The notes under the pieces: model-generated
Seen by the model: only the letters and a program-made list of their open reading frames with translations
What the model was told of the DNA's origin: nothing
The model's database searches: none
Program-made: the position numbers and the translations under genes
Source: Gemmatimonadales bacterium
GTDB lineage: Bacteria > Gemmatimonadota > Gemmatimonadetes > Gemmatimonadales > GWC2-71-9
Length of the DNA: 64,000 nucleotides
Direction of reading: 5' to 3'
Assembly: GCA_044229445.1 (NCBI GenBank)
Contig: JBGASX010000015.1
Location: 3,753 to 67,752, forward strand
In this document: piece by piece, positions 9,051 to 21,728 of the stretch
Position numbering within the stretch: the first letter of the stretch is position 1
Layout: every line of letters starts with the position of its first letter

Positions 9051-10238
9051 GTGAGCGACGCAACCACGCCGGTCATCCTCGCCGCCTGCCGCACCCCGAT
9101 CGGGAAATATCTCGGGGCGCTGGGCGGCTTTTCCGCACCCCAGCTCGGCGCCCTGGCCATTCGCGAAGCGGTGCGCCGTTCAGGCATCGATGCCTCGGCG
9201 GTCGAGGAAGTCATCATGGGTCAGGTCGTGCAGGGCGGCTCGGGCCAGGCCCCGGCGCGCCAGGCCATGATTCATGGTGGTATTCCGCCGGTAGTGCCCG
9301 CCCTGACCATCAACAAGGTGTGCGGCTCCGGTCTCAAGGCCGTCATGCTCGCATCCCAGGCCATCAAGGCCGGAGATGCGCAGTGCATCGTCGCCGGGGG
9401 CCAGGAGTCGATGTCGTCCGCGCCGCACTACCTCTATGGCTATCGGAACGGCATCAAGGCCGGCAATCAGACGCTCGTCGATGGCATGATCCACGACGGG
9501 CTCTGGGACTCCTTCGGCACGAATCACATGGGGGAGTACGCCGAATACACGGCGGAGAAGGCTGGGGTTACCCGCGCCGATCAGGACCAGTTCGCCTTCG
9601 AGAGTCACCGCAAGGCGATCGCGGCGCAGGAGGGGGGCAGGTTTGCCGCCGAGATCGTGGCGGTGGAGGTCCCGGCCAAGGGTGGCACGACCACGGTGTC
9701 CGCCGACGAGTCGCCCCGGAAGGACACCAGCCTCGAATCGCTCGCCAAGCTGAAGCCGGTGTTCAAGAAGGACGGCAGTGTCACGGCCGGCAACGCCCCG
9801 GGACTCAATGACGGCGCGAGCGCGCTCATCGTCGCGTCGCTGGCGTTTGCGAAGGCACACGGCCTCACCCCCCTCGCGAAGGTTACCCACTACGCGACCG
9901 GCGGCGGGGAACCGAAGGATCTCTTCTTCGCGCCGATCTTCGCGGTGCAGAACCTGATGAAGAAGGCCGGGACCTCCATCGGCCATTACGATCTCATCGA
10001 GGCCAATGAGGCCTTCGCCGTGCAGGCCATCGCCGATGGCCGCGCCCTCGGCTGGGATTGGGGCCGGGTGAACGTGAATGGTGGTGCTGTCGCCCTTGGC
10101 CACCCCATTGGCGCGAGCGGTGCCAGGGTGCTCACCACGCTGCTGTATGCCCTCCAGGACCGGCAGAAATCGGCCGGACTCGCAACCCTCTGCCTCGGCG
10201 GCGGGAACGCTGTGGCTCTCTCGGTTGAAAGGATCTGA
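9051..10238 (+). CDS. acetyl-CoA C-acetyltransferase (thiolase II)
   Basis: ORF 9009..10238. I prefer GTG 9051 (VSDATTPVILAACRTPIGK) because GAGGG lies 4-5 nt upstream. Thiolase motifs are present: NKVCGSGLKAV (active-site Cys), GNAPGLNDGASA and NVNGGAVALGHPIGASGAR...CLGGGNAVAL. Confidence 0.9.
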   Translation: MSDATTPVILAACRTPIGKYLGALGGFSAPQLGALAIREAVRRSGIDASAVEEVIMGQVVQGGSGQAPARQAMIHGGIPPVVPALTINKVCGSGLKAVMLASQAIKAGDAQCIVAGGQESMSSAPHYLYGYRNGIKAGNQTLVDGMIHDGLWDSFGTNHMGEYAEYTAEKAGVTRADQDQFAFESHRKAIAAQEGGRFAAEIVAVEVPAKGGTTTVSADESPRKDTSLESLAKLKPVFKKDGSVTAGNAPGLNDGASALIVASLAFAKAHGLTPLAKVTHYATGGGEPKDLFFAPIFAVQNLMKKAGTSIGHYDLIEANEAFAVQAIADGRALGWDWGRVNVNGGAVALGHPIGASGARVLTTLLYALQDRQKSAGLATLCLGGGNAVALSVERI

Positions 10239-10242
10239 GTTC

Positions 10243-10824
10243 ATGACCCGCCCCTCGATTCAAGTCCAGGTTCCGCCGGCGCCGAACGCCAGGCTTCGCG
10301 GGATGCCGCTCCGCTGGCCGCTGACCCTGGTCGGCGCTGCCGCACTGGTCGCGCTCTCCGCCCAAGTGGCCATCCCGGTGCCGTTCTCGCCGGTGCCGAT
10401 GACGCTCCAGGGCCTCGCGGTGATCCTCGTCGGCGGACTCTTCGGCGCGGCGCTTGGTGCCGGGTCGATGGTGCTCTATCTCATGGCGGGTGCGTTCGGG
10501 GCGCCGGTGTTTTCGGCGGGCCACGCCGGACTTCCGTGGCTCTTCGGACCGACGGGCGGCTACCTGCTCGCGTTCCCTTTCGCCGCGGCTGTCGTCGGTC
10601 GGCTCGCCGAGCGAGGCAACTTCTCTCGTTCGCTGTTCGCCGCCTTTCTGGGGATGGCGATCATTCATCTCGGGGGCTGGGCCCAGCTCACCCTGATCTC
10701 CGGCGGCGCCGCGAAGGCCGCGACGCTCGGAGTCATGCCCTTCATCGCGCAGGACCTGCTGAAGGTGGTGCTCGCCGCCGTCGTGCTGTGGCGCGCGCAT
10801 CACGCCCTCCGACTCCGCTCGTGA
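10243..10824 (+). CDS. bioY: biotin transporter BioY
   Basis: ORF 10078..10824 trimmed to ATG 10243, after the thiolase stop. A multi-TM protein with BioY-like blocks: VPMTLQGLAVILVGGLFG, GAPVFSAGHAG and GPTGGYLLAFPFAA. Confidence 0.8.
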   Translation: MTRPSIQVQVPPAPNARLRGMPLRWPLTLVGAAALVALSAQVAIPVPFSPVPMTLQGLAVILVGGLFGAALGAGSMVLYLMAGAFGAPVFSAGHAGLPWLFGPTGGYLLAFPFAAAVVGRLAERGNFSRSLFAAFLGMAIIHLGGWAQLTLISGGAAKAATLGVMPFIAQDLLKVVLAAVVLWRAHHALRLRS

Positions 10825-11687
10825 CGCTCGCCGCCGTGCCTGTGCGCCCGTCGCCAGTGCGCGCGGCGGGCTGGGCGCTGCTCTATCTCGGATCCGGATT
10901 TGTTCTGATGGTGGTGCTGACCATCGTCGGGGCGAAACTCACCGGAGGACTTGAAGCGGGTTCGACCGGCCCGCGGACCCTCGTCATACAGACGGTCAGC
11001 GGCCTCCTGGCCTATGGCGCCCTTACCTGGGCGATCGGCCGCCGCGCGATCGGGTTGAGCTGGGAGGAACTGCGCTGGGTGCCCACCGCCGGAGCGGGGA
11101 AGGGGTTCCTGCTCGGCCTCGTGCTTGGCAGTGTGCCCGCCGCGCTCGCACTGGGGCTTTCGCTGCTGGTGGGAGGCGCGCATTTCATCCCGGACAGCGG
11201 CAGCTCGCAGGACTACCTGGTCCAGGTGACGCGGACCGCGCTGCTGCTGGCGCCCGCGGCGCTGCTCGAGGAAGTGATGTTCCGCGGCGTGGGACAGGTG
11301 GTGCTCGCGCGAGCGGTCGGCCGGGTGCCTGCGCTGCTCTTTCTCTCGGTGCTGTTCGCGATGGCCCACCTGCTCAACCCGAACGGGACCATGCTCGGCA
11401 TGGTGAACATCGCGCTCGCCGGGGTGATGCTCGGCGTCGCGTTCTATGCGCCCGGCGGGATCTGGACCGCCTGGGGCGCCCATCTCGGATGGAACGCCAC
11501 GCTCGCCGCGATGGATGCGCCGGTCAGCGGGCTGCCCTTCCGCATCCCTCTCATCGACTATCAGCCGGGCGGCCCGCAGTGGCTTACCGGCGGCACCTTC
11601 GGCCCCGAAGGCGGCCTGCTGGCGACCGCGATGATCGCGCTCGCCACGGCTGCCGCCTGGCGCTGGAGCGGAAAGGAGCTGTCGTGA
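10821..11687 (+). CDS. CPBP-family intramembrane glutamic endopeptidase (CAAX protease-like)
   Basis: ORF 10536..11687 trimmed to GTG 10821, which forms a GTGA overlap with the bioY stop. Polytopic protein with CPBP motifs EEVMFRG and FAMAHL. Confidence 0.75.
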   Translation: MTLAAVPVRPSPVRAAGWALLYLGSGFVLMVVLTIVGAKLTGGLEAGSTGPRTLVIQTVSGLLAYGALTWAIGRRAIGLSWEELRWVPTAGAGKGFLLGLVLGSVPAALALGLSLLVGGAHFIPDSGSSQDYLVQVTRTALLLAPAALLEEVMFRGVGQVVLARAVGRVPALLFLSVLFAMAHLLNPNGTMLGMVNIALAGVMLGVAFYAPGGIWTAWGAHLGWNATLAAMDAPVSGLPFRIPLIDYQPGGPQWLTGGTFGPEGGLLATAMIALATAAAWRWSGKELS

Positions 11688-12523
11688 AGGTTGCCGTGAT
11701 CGGCGCGGGCACCATGGGCAACGGCATCGCCCAGGTCTTCGCGACTTCAGGACATCAGGTGACGATGGTCGATGTGTCGGCCGGGGCGCTCGACAAGGGG
11801 CTCGCCGCGATCCGGACCAGTCTCGGGCGCATGGTGAAGAAGGGGACGCTCGGCCAGGAGGCGGCCGACCTGGCCACCAGCCGGATCGCGGTCGCGACCA
11901 CGGTGGATGATGCCCGCGGTGCGGAGCTGGCGATCGAGGCGGCGACGGAGAATCCCGCGCTCAAGTACCAGATCTTCCAGCAGCTCGATCAGGTCTGCGC
12001 ACCGGGCGTGATTCTCGCAAGCAATACCAGCTCCATCTCCATCACGGAGATCGCCGCGAAGACCCGGCGTCCCGAGCTGGTGATCGGCATGCACTTCATG
12101 AACCCGGTCCCGGTGATGCAGCTCGTTGAAGTGATCCGGGGGCAGGCGACCAGCGACGACACGACCCGACGAGTGATGGAACTGTCCACCGCACTCGGGA
12201 AGACGCCGGTCGAGGTCAACGACTATCCCGGTTTCGTCAGCAACCGTGTCCTCATGCCGATGATCAACGAGGCGATCTTCTGCGTGATGGAAGGGGTGGC
12301 GACGCCCGAGGCGATCGATACCGTGATGAAGCTCGGCATGGCGCACCCGATGGGGCCGCTCATGCTCGCGGACCTGATCGGGCTCGACACCTGCCTCGCC
12401 ATCCTCGAAGTGCTGCACCGGGGCCTCGGGGATGACAAGTACCGTGCCTGCCCGCTGCTGCGGCGGATGGTCGCGGCGGGACAGCTCGGGCGGAAGACGG
12501 GGAAGGGCTTCTACAACTACTGA
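11684..12523 (+). CDS. hbd: 3-hydroxybutyryl-CoA dehydrogenase
   Basis: ORF 11489..12523 trimmed to GTG 11684, which forms a GTGA overlap with the upstream stop. It has a Rossmann motif ([18 protein letters not shown]) and 3-hydroxyacyl-CoA dehydrogenase NAD-binding and C-terminal blocks ([23 protein letters not shown]). Confidence 0.85.
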   Translation: MKVAVIGAGTMGNGIAQVFATSGHQVTMVDVSAGALDKGLAAIRTSLGRMVKKGTLGQEAADLATSRIAVATTVDDARGAELAIEAATENPALKYQIFQQLDQVCAPGVILASNTSSISITEIAAKTRRPELVIGMHFMNPVPVMQLVEVIRGQATSDDTTRRVMELSTALGKTPVEVNDYPGFVSNRVLMPMINEAIFCVMEGVATPEAIDTVMKLGMAHPMGPLMLADLIGLDTCLAILEVLHRGLGDDKYRACPLLRRMVAAGQLGRKTGKGFYNY

Positions 12524-12580
12524 GGCACCGGGTTCCGCGTGCCGGCTCTCACGTTCGGACGCGGCGCTCGGAGCAGTACA

Positions 12581-12626
12581 TCGGAACCCGGAAGTCGGAA
12601 TCCACTCGGAACTCGGAACTCGGAAC
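12581..12626. repeat. heptanucleotide tandem repeat (T/C)CGGAA(C/G/T), six copies, abutting the ldh start codon
   Basis: Read directly: TCGGAAC CCGGAAG TCGGAAT ccac TCGGAAC TCGGAAC TCGGAAC tctt ATG. The last three copies are perfect and contiguous (12606-12626). Confidence 0.85.
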
Positions 12627-12630
12627 TCTT

Positions 12631-13686
12631 ATGGATCCGTTCAAGTCGATGGCCACCTACGCCCATGAGCAGCTCGTGCTCTGTCACGAGCCCTCCTGCG
12701 GCTACTTCGGGATCATCGCCATTCACGACACGACGCTCGGTCCCGCCCTGGGCGGCACCCGGTTCTGGAATTACGCCTCGACCGACGAGGCGATCACCGA
12801 CGCCCTCCGCCTGGCGCGCGGGATGAGCTACAAGTCGGCGGTGGCCGGGCTCAATCTCGGCGGCGGCAAGTCGGTGATCGTGGGTGACAACAAGCGGACG
12901 GACCGCGAGGCGGTCTTCCGTGCCCACGGCCGGTTCGTCGAGTCCCTCAAGGGACGCTACATCACTGCCGAGGACGTCGGGACGTCGCCCGGCGACATGG
13001 AATACGTGCGGATGGAGACCGAGAGCGTCGCCGGGCTGCACGGCCGCTCCGGGGATCCGTCGCCGGTGACCGCCTACGGTGTCTACTGCGGCATGAAGGC
13101 CACCGCGAAGACGCGCTGGGGTTCGGACAGCCTCGCCGGCAAGAAGATCCTCGTCCAGGGCTGCGGCCACGTCGCCTTCTCCCTCTGCGAGTACCTGCAC
13201 GCCGAAGGGGCGAAGCTCGTGGTCACCGACATCGACCAGGAGAAGGTGGCGCAGGTGGTGAAGGCGACCGGCGCGGAGACCGTGGCGCCGGACAAGATCT
13301 ACGACATTCCGGCGGATATCTATTCGCCCAATGCGCTCGGGGCGACGGTGAACGACGATACCCTCAAGCGCCTCAAGGTCGAGATCATCGCCGGCGGGGC
13401 GAACAATCAGCTCGCCGAGGAGCGGCACGGGGTCGAGCTCGAGAAGCGGGGCATGCTGTACGCCCCCGATTACGTCATCAACGGCGGCGGCGTGATCAAC
13501 GTCTATGGTGAGCTGATGGGCTGGGATCACGATCGCGCCAAGCGCAAGGCGGCGCAGATCTACGATACCCTGCTCAGCATCTATGCGACGGCAAAGTCAC
13601 AGAACATCCCGAGCTACCAGGCCGCCGACCACGTCGCCGAGGCACGGATTCGCGGTGTCGGGACCATCGCGGGAATCCGGGTATGA
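12631..13686 (+). CDS. ldh: Leu/Val/Phe-type amino-acid dehydrogenase (leucine dehydrogenase-like)
   Basis: 351-aa ORF in the Glu/Leu/Phe/Val dehydrogenase family: IIAIHDTTLGPALGGTRFWNY, catalytic-Lys block LNLGGGKSVI and NAD-binding block VQGCGHVAFSL. Confidence 0.8.
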   Translation: MDPFKSMATYAHEQLVLCHEPSCGYFGIIAIHDTTLGPALGGTRFWNYASTDEAITDALRLARGMSYKSAVAGLNLGGGKSVIVGDNKRTDREAVFRAHGRFVESLKGRYITAEDVGTSPGDMEYVRMETESVAGLHGRSGDPSPVTAYGVYCGMKATAKTRWGSDSLAGKKILVQGCGHVAFSLCEYLHAEGAKLVVTDIDQEKVAQVVKATGAETVAPDKIYDIPADIYSPNALGATVNDDTLKRLKVEIIAGGANNQLAEERHGVELEKRGMLYAPDYVINGGGVINVYGELMGWDHDRAKRKAAQIYDTLLSIYATAKSQNIPSYQAADHVAEARIRGVGTIAGIRV

Positions 13687-13725
13687 CCCCCTGCATTTTT
13701 ATTCGTCCGCTGGCTATACTCACAA

Positions 13726-14160
13726 ATGCCTGAAGTCATCCCGATCGGCGCCGATCACGCCGGCTTCGCGCTCAAGGAGCGGCTCAAGCAGGAACTGCGT
13801 TCCCTGGGATTCGAACCGCTTGATCTCGGAACCCATTCGGCCGATTCCACGGACTATCCGGACTACGCCCATCCCGTTGCGGGACAGGTGGAACGGGGCG
13901 AGGTCCGGCGCGGGGTCCTGTTGTGCGGGACCGGTCTCGGCATGGCCTACGCCGCCAATCGCCACCACGGGGTGCGTGCGGCGGTCGCCTGGACGCCGGA
14001 AGTCGCCCGGCTCGCGCGGGCCCACAACGATGCCAACATCCTCGTCCTGCCGGCCCGGTTCGTTTCGGAGCAGGAGGGACTGGAGATTCTGCGGGCGTGG
14101 CTGAGTGAGCCCTTCGAGGGCGGCCGCCACCAGCGCCGGGTCGACAAGATTGAACCCTGA
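13726..14160 (+). CDS. rpiB: ribose-5-phosphate isomerase B
   Basis: 144-aa ORF with RpiB/LacAB family blocks: [31 protein letters not shown] and [12 protein letters not shown]. Confidence 0.9.
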   Translation: MPEVIPIGADHAGFALKERLKQELRSLGFEPLDLGTHSADSTDYPDYAHPVAGQVERGEVRRGVLLCGTGLGMAYAANRHHGVRAAVAWTPEVARLARAHNDANILVLPARFVSEQEGLEILRAWLSEPFEGGRHQRRVDKIEP

Positions 14161-14171
14161 AGGGAGATCGC

Positions 14172-15431
14172 ATGTCGTACGACCACAACGCCTCGCTCCG
14201 CCAGGCGGACCCGACCATCGCCGGCCTCATCGACGCCGAGCTGCACCGTCAGCAGAACGGGCTCGAGCTCATCGCGAGTGAGAACTTCGCCAGTCGCGCC
14301 GTGATCGACGCGATGGGAACGCCGCTCACCAACAAGTACGCCGAGGGCTACCCGGGCAAGCGCTATTACGGCGGGTGCGAGGTCGTCGACAAGGTGGAAC
14401 AGCTCGCGATCGACCGCGCGAAGCAGCTGTTCGGCTCCGACCACGCGAACGTCCAGCCGCATTCCGGCGCCCAGGCGAATTTCGCGGCGTTCATGGCGAT
14501 CGCGAAGCCGGGCGAGACGATCATGGGCCTCGCGCTGCCGCACGGCGGCCATCTCTCGCACGGCGCCGCGGTAAATCACAGTGGCGCCGTCTGGCGCGCG
14601 GTGCAGTACGGCGTGAATCCCTCCACCGGCCGGATCGACATGGACCAGGTGCGGGACCAGGCGCTGCGCGAGCGGCCCAAGATCCTGATTGCCGGCGGCA
14701 GCGCCTACGCGCGCACCATCGACTTCGCCGCCTTCCGCTCGATCGCGGATGAAGTTGGCGGCTATCTCCTCGTCGACATGGCGCACTTCGCCGGCCTCGT
14801 CGCGGGCGGCGTGCATCCCTCGCCCGTGCCGCACGCGCAGGTCGTCACCAGCACGACCCACAAGACGCTCCGCGGCCCGCGTGCGGGTATCATCCTCTGT
14901 ATCCAGGACCTGGCCGCTGCGGTCAACAAGTCGGTCTTCCCCGGCACGCAGGGTGGTCCGCTCGAGCATGTCATCGCCGCCAAGGCCGTCGCCTTCGGTG
15001 AGGCGCTCCAGCCCGAGTTCAAGCACTACGCCAGGCGGGTGGTCGAGAACGCGAAGACGCTCGCCGATGCCATGATCGAACGCGGCTTCGCGATCGTCTC
15101 CGGCGGCACGGATACCCACCTGATGCTGGTGGACCTCCGCCCCAAGAACCTGACCGGCAAGGAAGCGGAAGCGCTGCTCGGCAAGGCGGAGATCACCGTC
15201 AACAAGAACACCATCCCGGACGACCCGCAGTCGCCCTTCGTGACCAGCGGCATCCGTCTGGGGACGCCGGCCATGACGACTCGCGGGATGGGGAAGGCGG
15301 AGTTCAAGCGGATTGCCCAGCTCATCGACGAGGTGCTCACCCGGCGCGATGAAGAGACCATCACGCGCGTGAAGCAGGAAGTGCTTGACCTCTGCCGTGC
15401 CTTCCCGCTGTACCGTCCGCGGCACGCTTGA
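14172..15431 (+). CDS. glyA: serine hydroxymethyltransferase
   Basis: 419-aa ORF containing [14 protein letters not shown], the PLP-lysine block [14 protein letters not shown] and [13 protein letters not shown]. Confidence 0.97.
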   Translation: MSYDHNASLRQADPTIAGLIDAELHRQQNGLELIASENFASRAVIDAMGTPLTNKYAEGYPGKRYYGGCEVVDKVEQLAIDRAKQLFGSDHANVQPHSGAQANFAAFMAIAKPGETIMGLALPHGGHLSHGAAVNHSGAVWRAVQYGVNPSTGRIDMDQVRDQALRERPKILIAGGSAYARTIDFAAFRSIADEVGGYLLVDMAHFAGLVAGGVHPSPVPHAQVVTSTTHKTLRGPRAGIILCIQDLAAAVNKSVFPGTQGGPLEHVIAAKAVAFGEALQPEFKHYARRVVENAKTLADAMIERGFAIVSGGTDTHLMLVDLRPKNLTGKEAEALLGKAEITVNKNTIPDDPQSPFVTSGIRLGTPAMTTRGMGKAEFKRIAQLIDEVLTRRDEETITRVKQEVLDLCRAFPLYRPRHA

Positions 15432-15489
15432 CCCCCCGGCGTCCGGGTCCTAGCTTCGCTCGCTATGACCCGGACCCCCCTGTCGCCTC

Positions 15490-15891
15490 ATGAATGAACT
15501 CCAGTTCACCGCCGATGTCCTGACGCGCCTGCGCGCCGATGGATATCGCTACGATGAGCGCGCGTACCTGTTCGTGCTCGCGGCGATCGAGTTTCTCCAG
15601 TCTCGGCTCGAGGCGCGTCGCCATGTGACCGGCGCCGAACTCGCGTGGGCCTGTCGCGACTTCGCGGTGCGGCAGTTCGGTCTGCTCGCGCCCGAGGTGC
15701 TGGGCTTCTGGGGGATCCGCAAGACCGAGGACTACGGCAGCATCGTCTACATCCTCGTTCGCGCGGGTCTCCTCTCCACGCAGCCGACCGATCGCGAGGA
15801 GGACTTCGCGGCGGTGTACGAATTCCACGAGGCCTTCAGCGAGCCGTATCCCTGGGACGGCGTCGCGGAGCTGGTGGCGGTGAGTCGTTAG
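15490..15891 (+). CDS. conserved hypothetical protein
   Basis: 133-aa ORF with good GC3 bias and no overlap with a stronger ORF. From memory it resembles a small conserved family seen in Planctomycetes/Verrucomicrobia-type genomes (Minf_1886-like). This is not verified. Confidence 0.55.
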   Translation: MNELQFTADVLTRLRADGYRYDERAYLFVLAAIEFLQSRLEARRHVTGAELAWACRDFAVRQFGLLAPEVLGFWGIRKTEDYGSIVYILVRAGLLSTQPTDREEDFAAVYEFHEAFSEPYPWDGVAELVAVSR

Positions 15892-15927
15892 GCATCCGTC
15901 TTCGGGCCACCGAAGACCGAAGGACCC

Positions 15928-17481
15928 ATGACCCTTCCCGTGCTCTCCCCCGAACAATCCAGCGAGTGGGACCGCCGCGCCGACGCGGCGGGCATCGCGC
16001 TCGCGACCCTGATGGAGACCGCGGGCCGCGCCGCCACGGCGGTGATCGCAGCCCGGTTCCCCGACCGGCTGGCCGGCGGCGTGCTGGTGGCGGTGGGTCC
16101 CGGCAACAACGGCGGCGACGGCTGGGTCGTGGCCCGGGCGCTTCACCGGTTCGAGGTGCCGGTCTTCGTGACCGCGGTGCCGGGTGATCCGTCGCCCCTC
16201 AATCGCCAGATGGCGGCACTCGCCCGGAGCGAAGGTGTCCGCGCCGTCGAGCCGGACGGTCCCTGGCCCACCGTGACACTGGCCGTCGATGCCCTGCTCG
16301 GCACGGGCGCGCGCGGGGCGCTTCGGGCCCCGATCCAGGCCCTCGTCGACCGGCTCAACGATCTGGCGCTGCCCATCGTCTCGATCGATGGCCCGACCGG
16401 TGTCGACCTGCGGACCGGCGTCACCCACGGCGTCTCGGTGCAGGCGAGCGTTTCCATCACTTTCGGCGGGCTGCGCCGCGGCCATCTGATCGCCCGCGAC
16501 GAATGCGGCACGGTCGTCGTGGCCGATATCGGTCACCCGGCGCCGGATCCGGGCTGGCCCGCACTCCTCACCGATCCCGAGGCGGCTGATGCGCAGGGTC
16601 GGTTCGGCGCACGCGAGCACAAGGGCACGCGCGGACGCATCGTCGTGGTCGGCGGCGACGAGGGCATGAGCGGCGCGCTCCGGCTGGCGGCCCGCGCCGC
16701 CTTCGGGGCAGGGGCCGGACTCGTCCACGCGGTCGCCCCTCGAACGACGATCGACCTGCTCGCGGCCGCAGAACCCGATCTCCAGACGCTGCGGCACGAC
16801 TTCACACTGCCGCTGAGTCGCGAGCTCGTCGCGCTGCTCGGTCGGGCCGATGCCGTCGTCATCGGCCCGGGATTGGGGCGCGCGGCAGGGCGCGAGGCGT
16901 TCGTGCTCGAGGCGGCACGGCATGCCCGGGCGCTGGTGCTCGATGCCGACGCACTCTTCGGGCTCGGAGGCAGCCGGCAGGCACTCCGTGCCCTCGCTGC
17001 GGATCGTTCGGTGGTTCTCACGCCGCATCAGGGCGAGTTCCGGCGCCTCTTCCCGGAGCACGCGGAGAGCCTCGAACTCGATCCCTGGGCTGCGGCCTCA
17101 GCGGCCGCGGCCCTCGTCGGCTCGGCGGTACTGCTCAAGGGCGTCCCCACCGTCGTCGCCGGTCATGACGGTTCGATGATCACGGTGGCCGCCGGCAACC
17201 CGGGACTCGCCACGGGTGGCAGCGGCGACATCCTGAGCGGCCTGGTCGCCGCATCGCTGGTGCAGATTGCCCCTACGACGCTCGCCGCCGCGGTCGCAGC
17301 GCAAGCCCTTGGACGTGCCGCCGACCTCGCGGCTCGGCGCTTCACTGCACGGGGCATGCGCCCCATGGATGTCCTTGCCGCGCTGCCCGATCTGTGGCGC
17401 GCATGGGAGACCGTGAGGCAGGTGAGGCCGGCCCCGCGACCGCCGGTCCTGCTCGAGCTGGAGGCGCCGCAGCGGTGGTGA
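15928..17481 (+). CDS. nnr: bifunctional NAD(P)H-hydrate epimerase / ADP-dependent dehydratase
   Basis: 517-aa ORF. The N-terminal half is YjeF-N-like (GPGNNGGDGWVVAR) and the C-terminal half is a carbohydrate-kinase-like dehydratase (GTRGRIVVVGG...GGSGDILSG). Confidence 0.9.
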   Translation: MTLPVLSPEQSSEWDRRADAAGIALATLMETAGRAATAVIAARFPDRLAGGVLVAVGPGNNGGDGWVVARALHRFEVPVFVTAVPGDPSPLNRQMAALARSEGVRAVEPDGPWPTVTLAVDALLGTGARGALRAPIQALVDRLNDLALPIVSIDGPTGVDLRTGVTHGVSVQASVSITFGGLRRGHLIARDECGTVVVADIGHPAPDPGWPALLTDPEAADAQGRFGAREHKGTRGRIVVVGGDEGMSGALRLAARAAFGAGAGLVHAVAPRTTIDLLAAAEPDLQTLRHDFTLPLSRELVALLGRADAVVIGPGLGRAAGREAFVLEAARHARALVLDADALFGLGGSRQALRALAADRSVVLTPHQGEFRRLFPEHAESLELDPWAAASAAAALVGSAVLLKGVPTVVAGHDGSMITVAAGNPGLATGGSGDILSGLVAASLVQIAPTTLAAAVAAQALGRAADLAARRFTARGMRPMDVLAALPDLWRAWETVRQVRPAPRPPVLLELEAPQRW

Positions 17482-19048
17482 GATCGGCGTGGACCACGGT
17501 CCTGCTGGCCGGGCTGCTCGCCGTGCCGGCGCAGGCGCAGACCCGCGACTGGACGCCGGAGGAGCGGGCCATCGTCGGTGACTTCACGCGGATCACCGCA
17601 ATCGCCACAAGCACCGATCGGGTCTACGTGGTGACCCCGAATGCGGTCATCGCCTGGGACCCGCTCGCCCGCCGGTTCTCGGGGCCCTGGCAACCGCGCG
17701 ATCCATCCTCGCTCAACGATGTCTTCCTCGCCTTCGCCGATCCCCTGGATGGTGGCCTCTGGCTGGTGCGCCGGGGCGGATGGCTCCGACTCGATCCTGG
17801 AATCCAGCTCTGGGAACAGGGGACCGTGCCGGGCGGCGTAGTGGATGCGGCCTTCGATCAGGATGCACCGGGGGCGGGGTTGTTCCTCCGGGTCGGATCC
17901 GGATGGTTCACCGCCTCTCGCGGTGGCGTCGCGTTTCCAGGCAGCGCCCCCAGGCGACCGCTGCGCGCCGCGACGCTGGATGAGGCCATCCGAAGCAACC
18001 CGGCGATTCAGGCGAACAGCGCCTCCCTGCTCACCAGCAGCCGGCTCCGGAGCGTGCGTTACACCGCCGTGGCCCGCGCGCAGGGATTCACCGGCATCGG
18101 CTGGTATCTCGGTACCAGCGGCGCGGGCGCGCTCTTTCTCGCCGATGGGTCCGGGATCGCGGACCGGCTTTACTACGGTCTGCCCAGCGAGGTGGTGGCT
18201 GCGGTGTTTGCAGGGACGGGCGGGGTGTGGGCGGTCACCGAGCGCACCCAGACCGCCGATCCGGGCCTGACCTTTGTCGCCACGAATCTCAGCGAATTCC
18301 GCTCCCTGCAGGGACCGCGGGCGACCGGGCTGCCCTTCATCCAGGCGCGCCGGGTCGTCGGCCTCGAATCCGATCTCTGGCTGGCGACCGACGGCGGCGT
18401 CATCAGGCTGTCGACGCGGACGGAAGATGCCGACCGCTATGACGAAGGACGGGGACTGCCTGACTCACGCGTCCTTTCGCTCGCCCAGCGCCGCGGACGG
18501 ATCGTGGCCGGCACCGCGCACGGTCTTGCGACTTACGCCGATTCGACCGGGTTCCGCCGGCTGGCACCGAGTTTCTCGGACGCGGCCTACGCCGTGGCGC
18601 TCTCGGGCGACACCACCTGGGTCGGCACTCGCATTGGACTGTTCGCCGCGCTCCCCGGTGAACCCGACCTGCTGCAGCCCGACGCCCTGCGCGAGAGCAT
18701 CAGTCTGCAGGCGCCGGTCGTCGCACTGACGTGGCGGGCCGATACCCTCGTGGCGCTGCTCGAGGATCGGCTGCTCTGGCGCAACCCGGGTACCGGTCGG
18801 TTCACACTCGGACCGCTGCTTGGCAACACCCTCGGGCGGCTTCACACCGTGCTCAACGGTCCTCGCGGCCTCTACATCGCCGGTGATCGCGGTGTGGGGC
18901 TGGCGGGGATTACGACTCCCCTCCGCCGCCCGCTGACCGCTCCAGGAGACCTGCCTGGTCAGGTGACGGACATCGCGGTGGATGACACCTATCTGTGGGT
19001 TGCCACGCTGCGCGGCCTGGTTCGGCTGCAGCTGGATGCCATCGGACA

Positions 19049-19052
<4 letters not shown>
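17478..19052 (+). CDS. secreted beta-propeller-like repeat protein (function unknown)
   Basis: ORF 17394..19052 trimmed to GTG 17478, which forms a GTGA overlap with the nnr stop. Signal peptide VRSAWTTVLLAGLLAVPAQAQ. Recurrent W-x-x-T-x-x-G-L/V units (LWLATDGGVIRL, TWVGTRIGLF, LWVATLRGLVRL) resemble the propeller repeats of two-component regulators. Confidence 0.55.
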
Positions 19053-21685
<2,633 letters not shown>

Positions 21686-21728
21686 GACTCGCTGTCCGTT
21701 GCCTCCCTCGAATGCAGGAGGTCCCCTC

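Noticed and set aside
15441-15475. 9-bp inverted repeat GTCCGGGTC...GACCCGGAC after glyA as an intrinsic terminator.
   Set aside because: The loop is 17 nt and no T-tract follows (CCCCCTG). It may be a REP-like or processing element, but the evidence is too thin to call.
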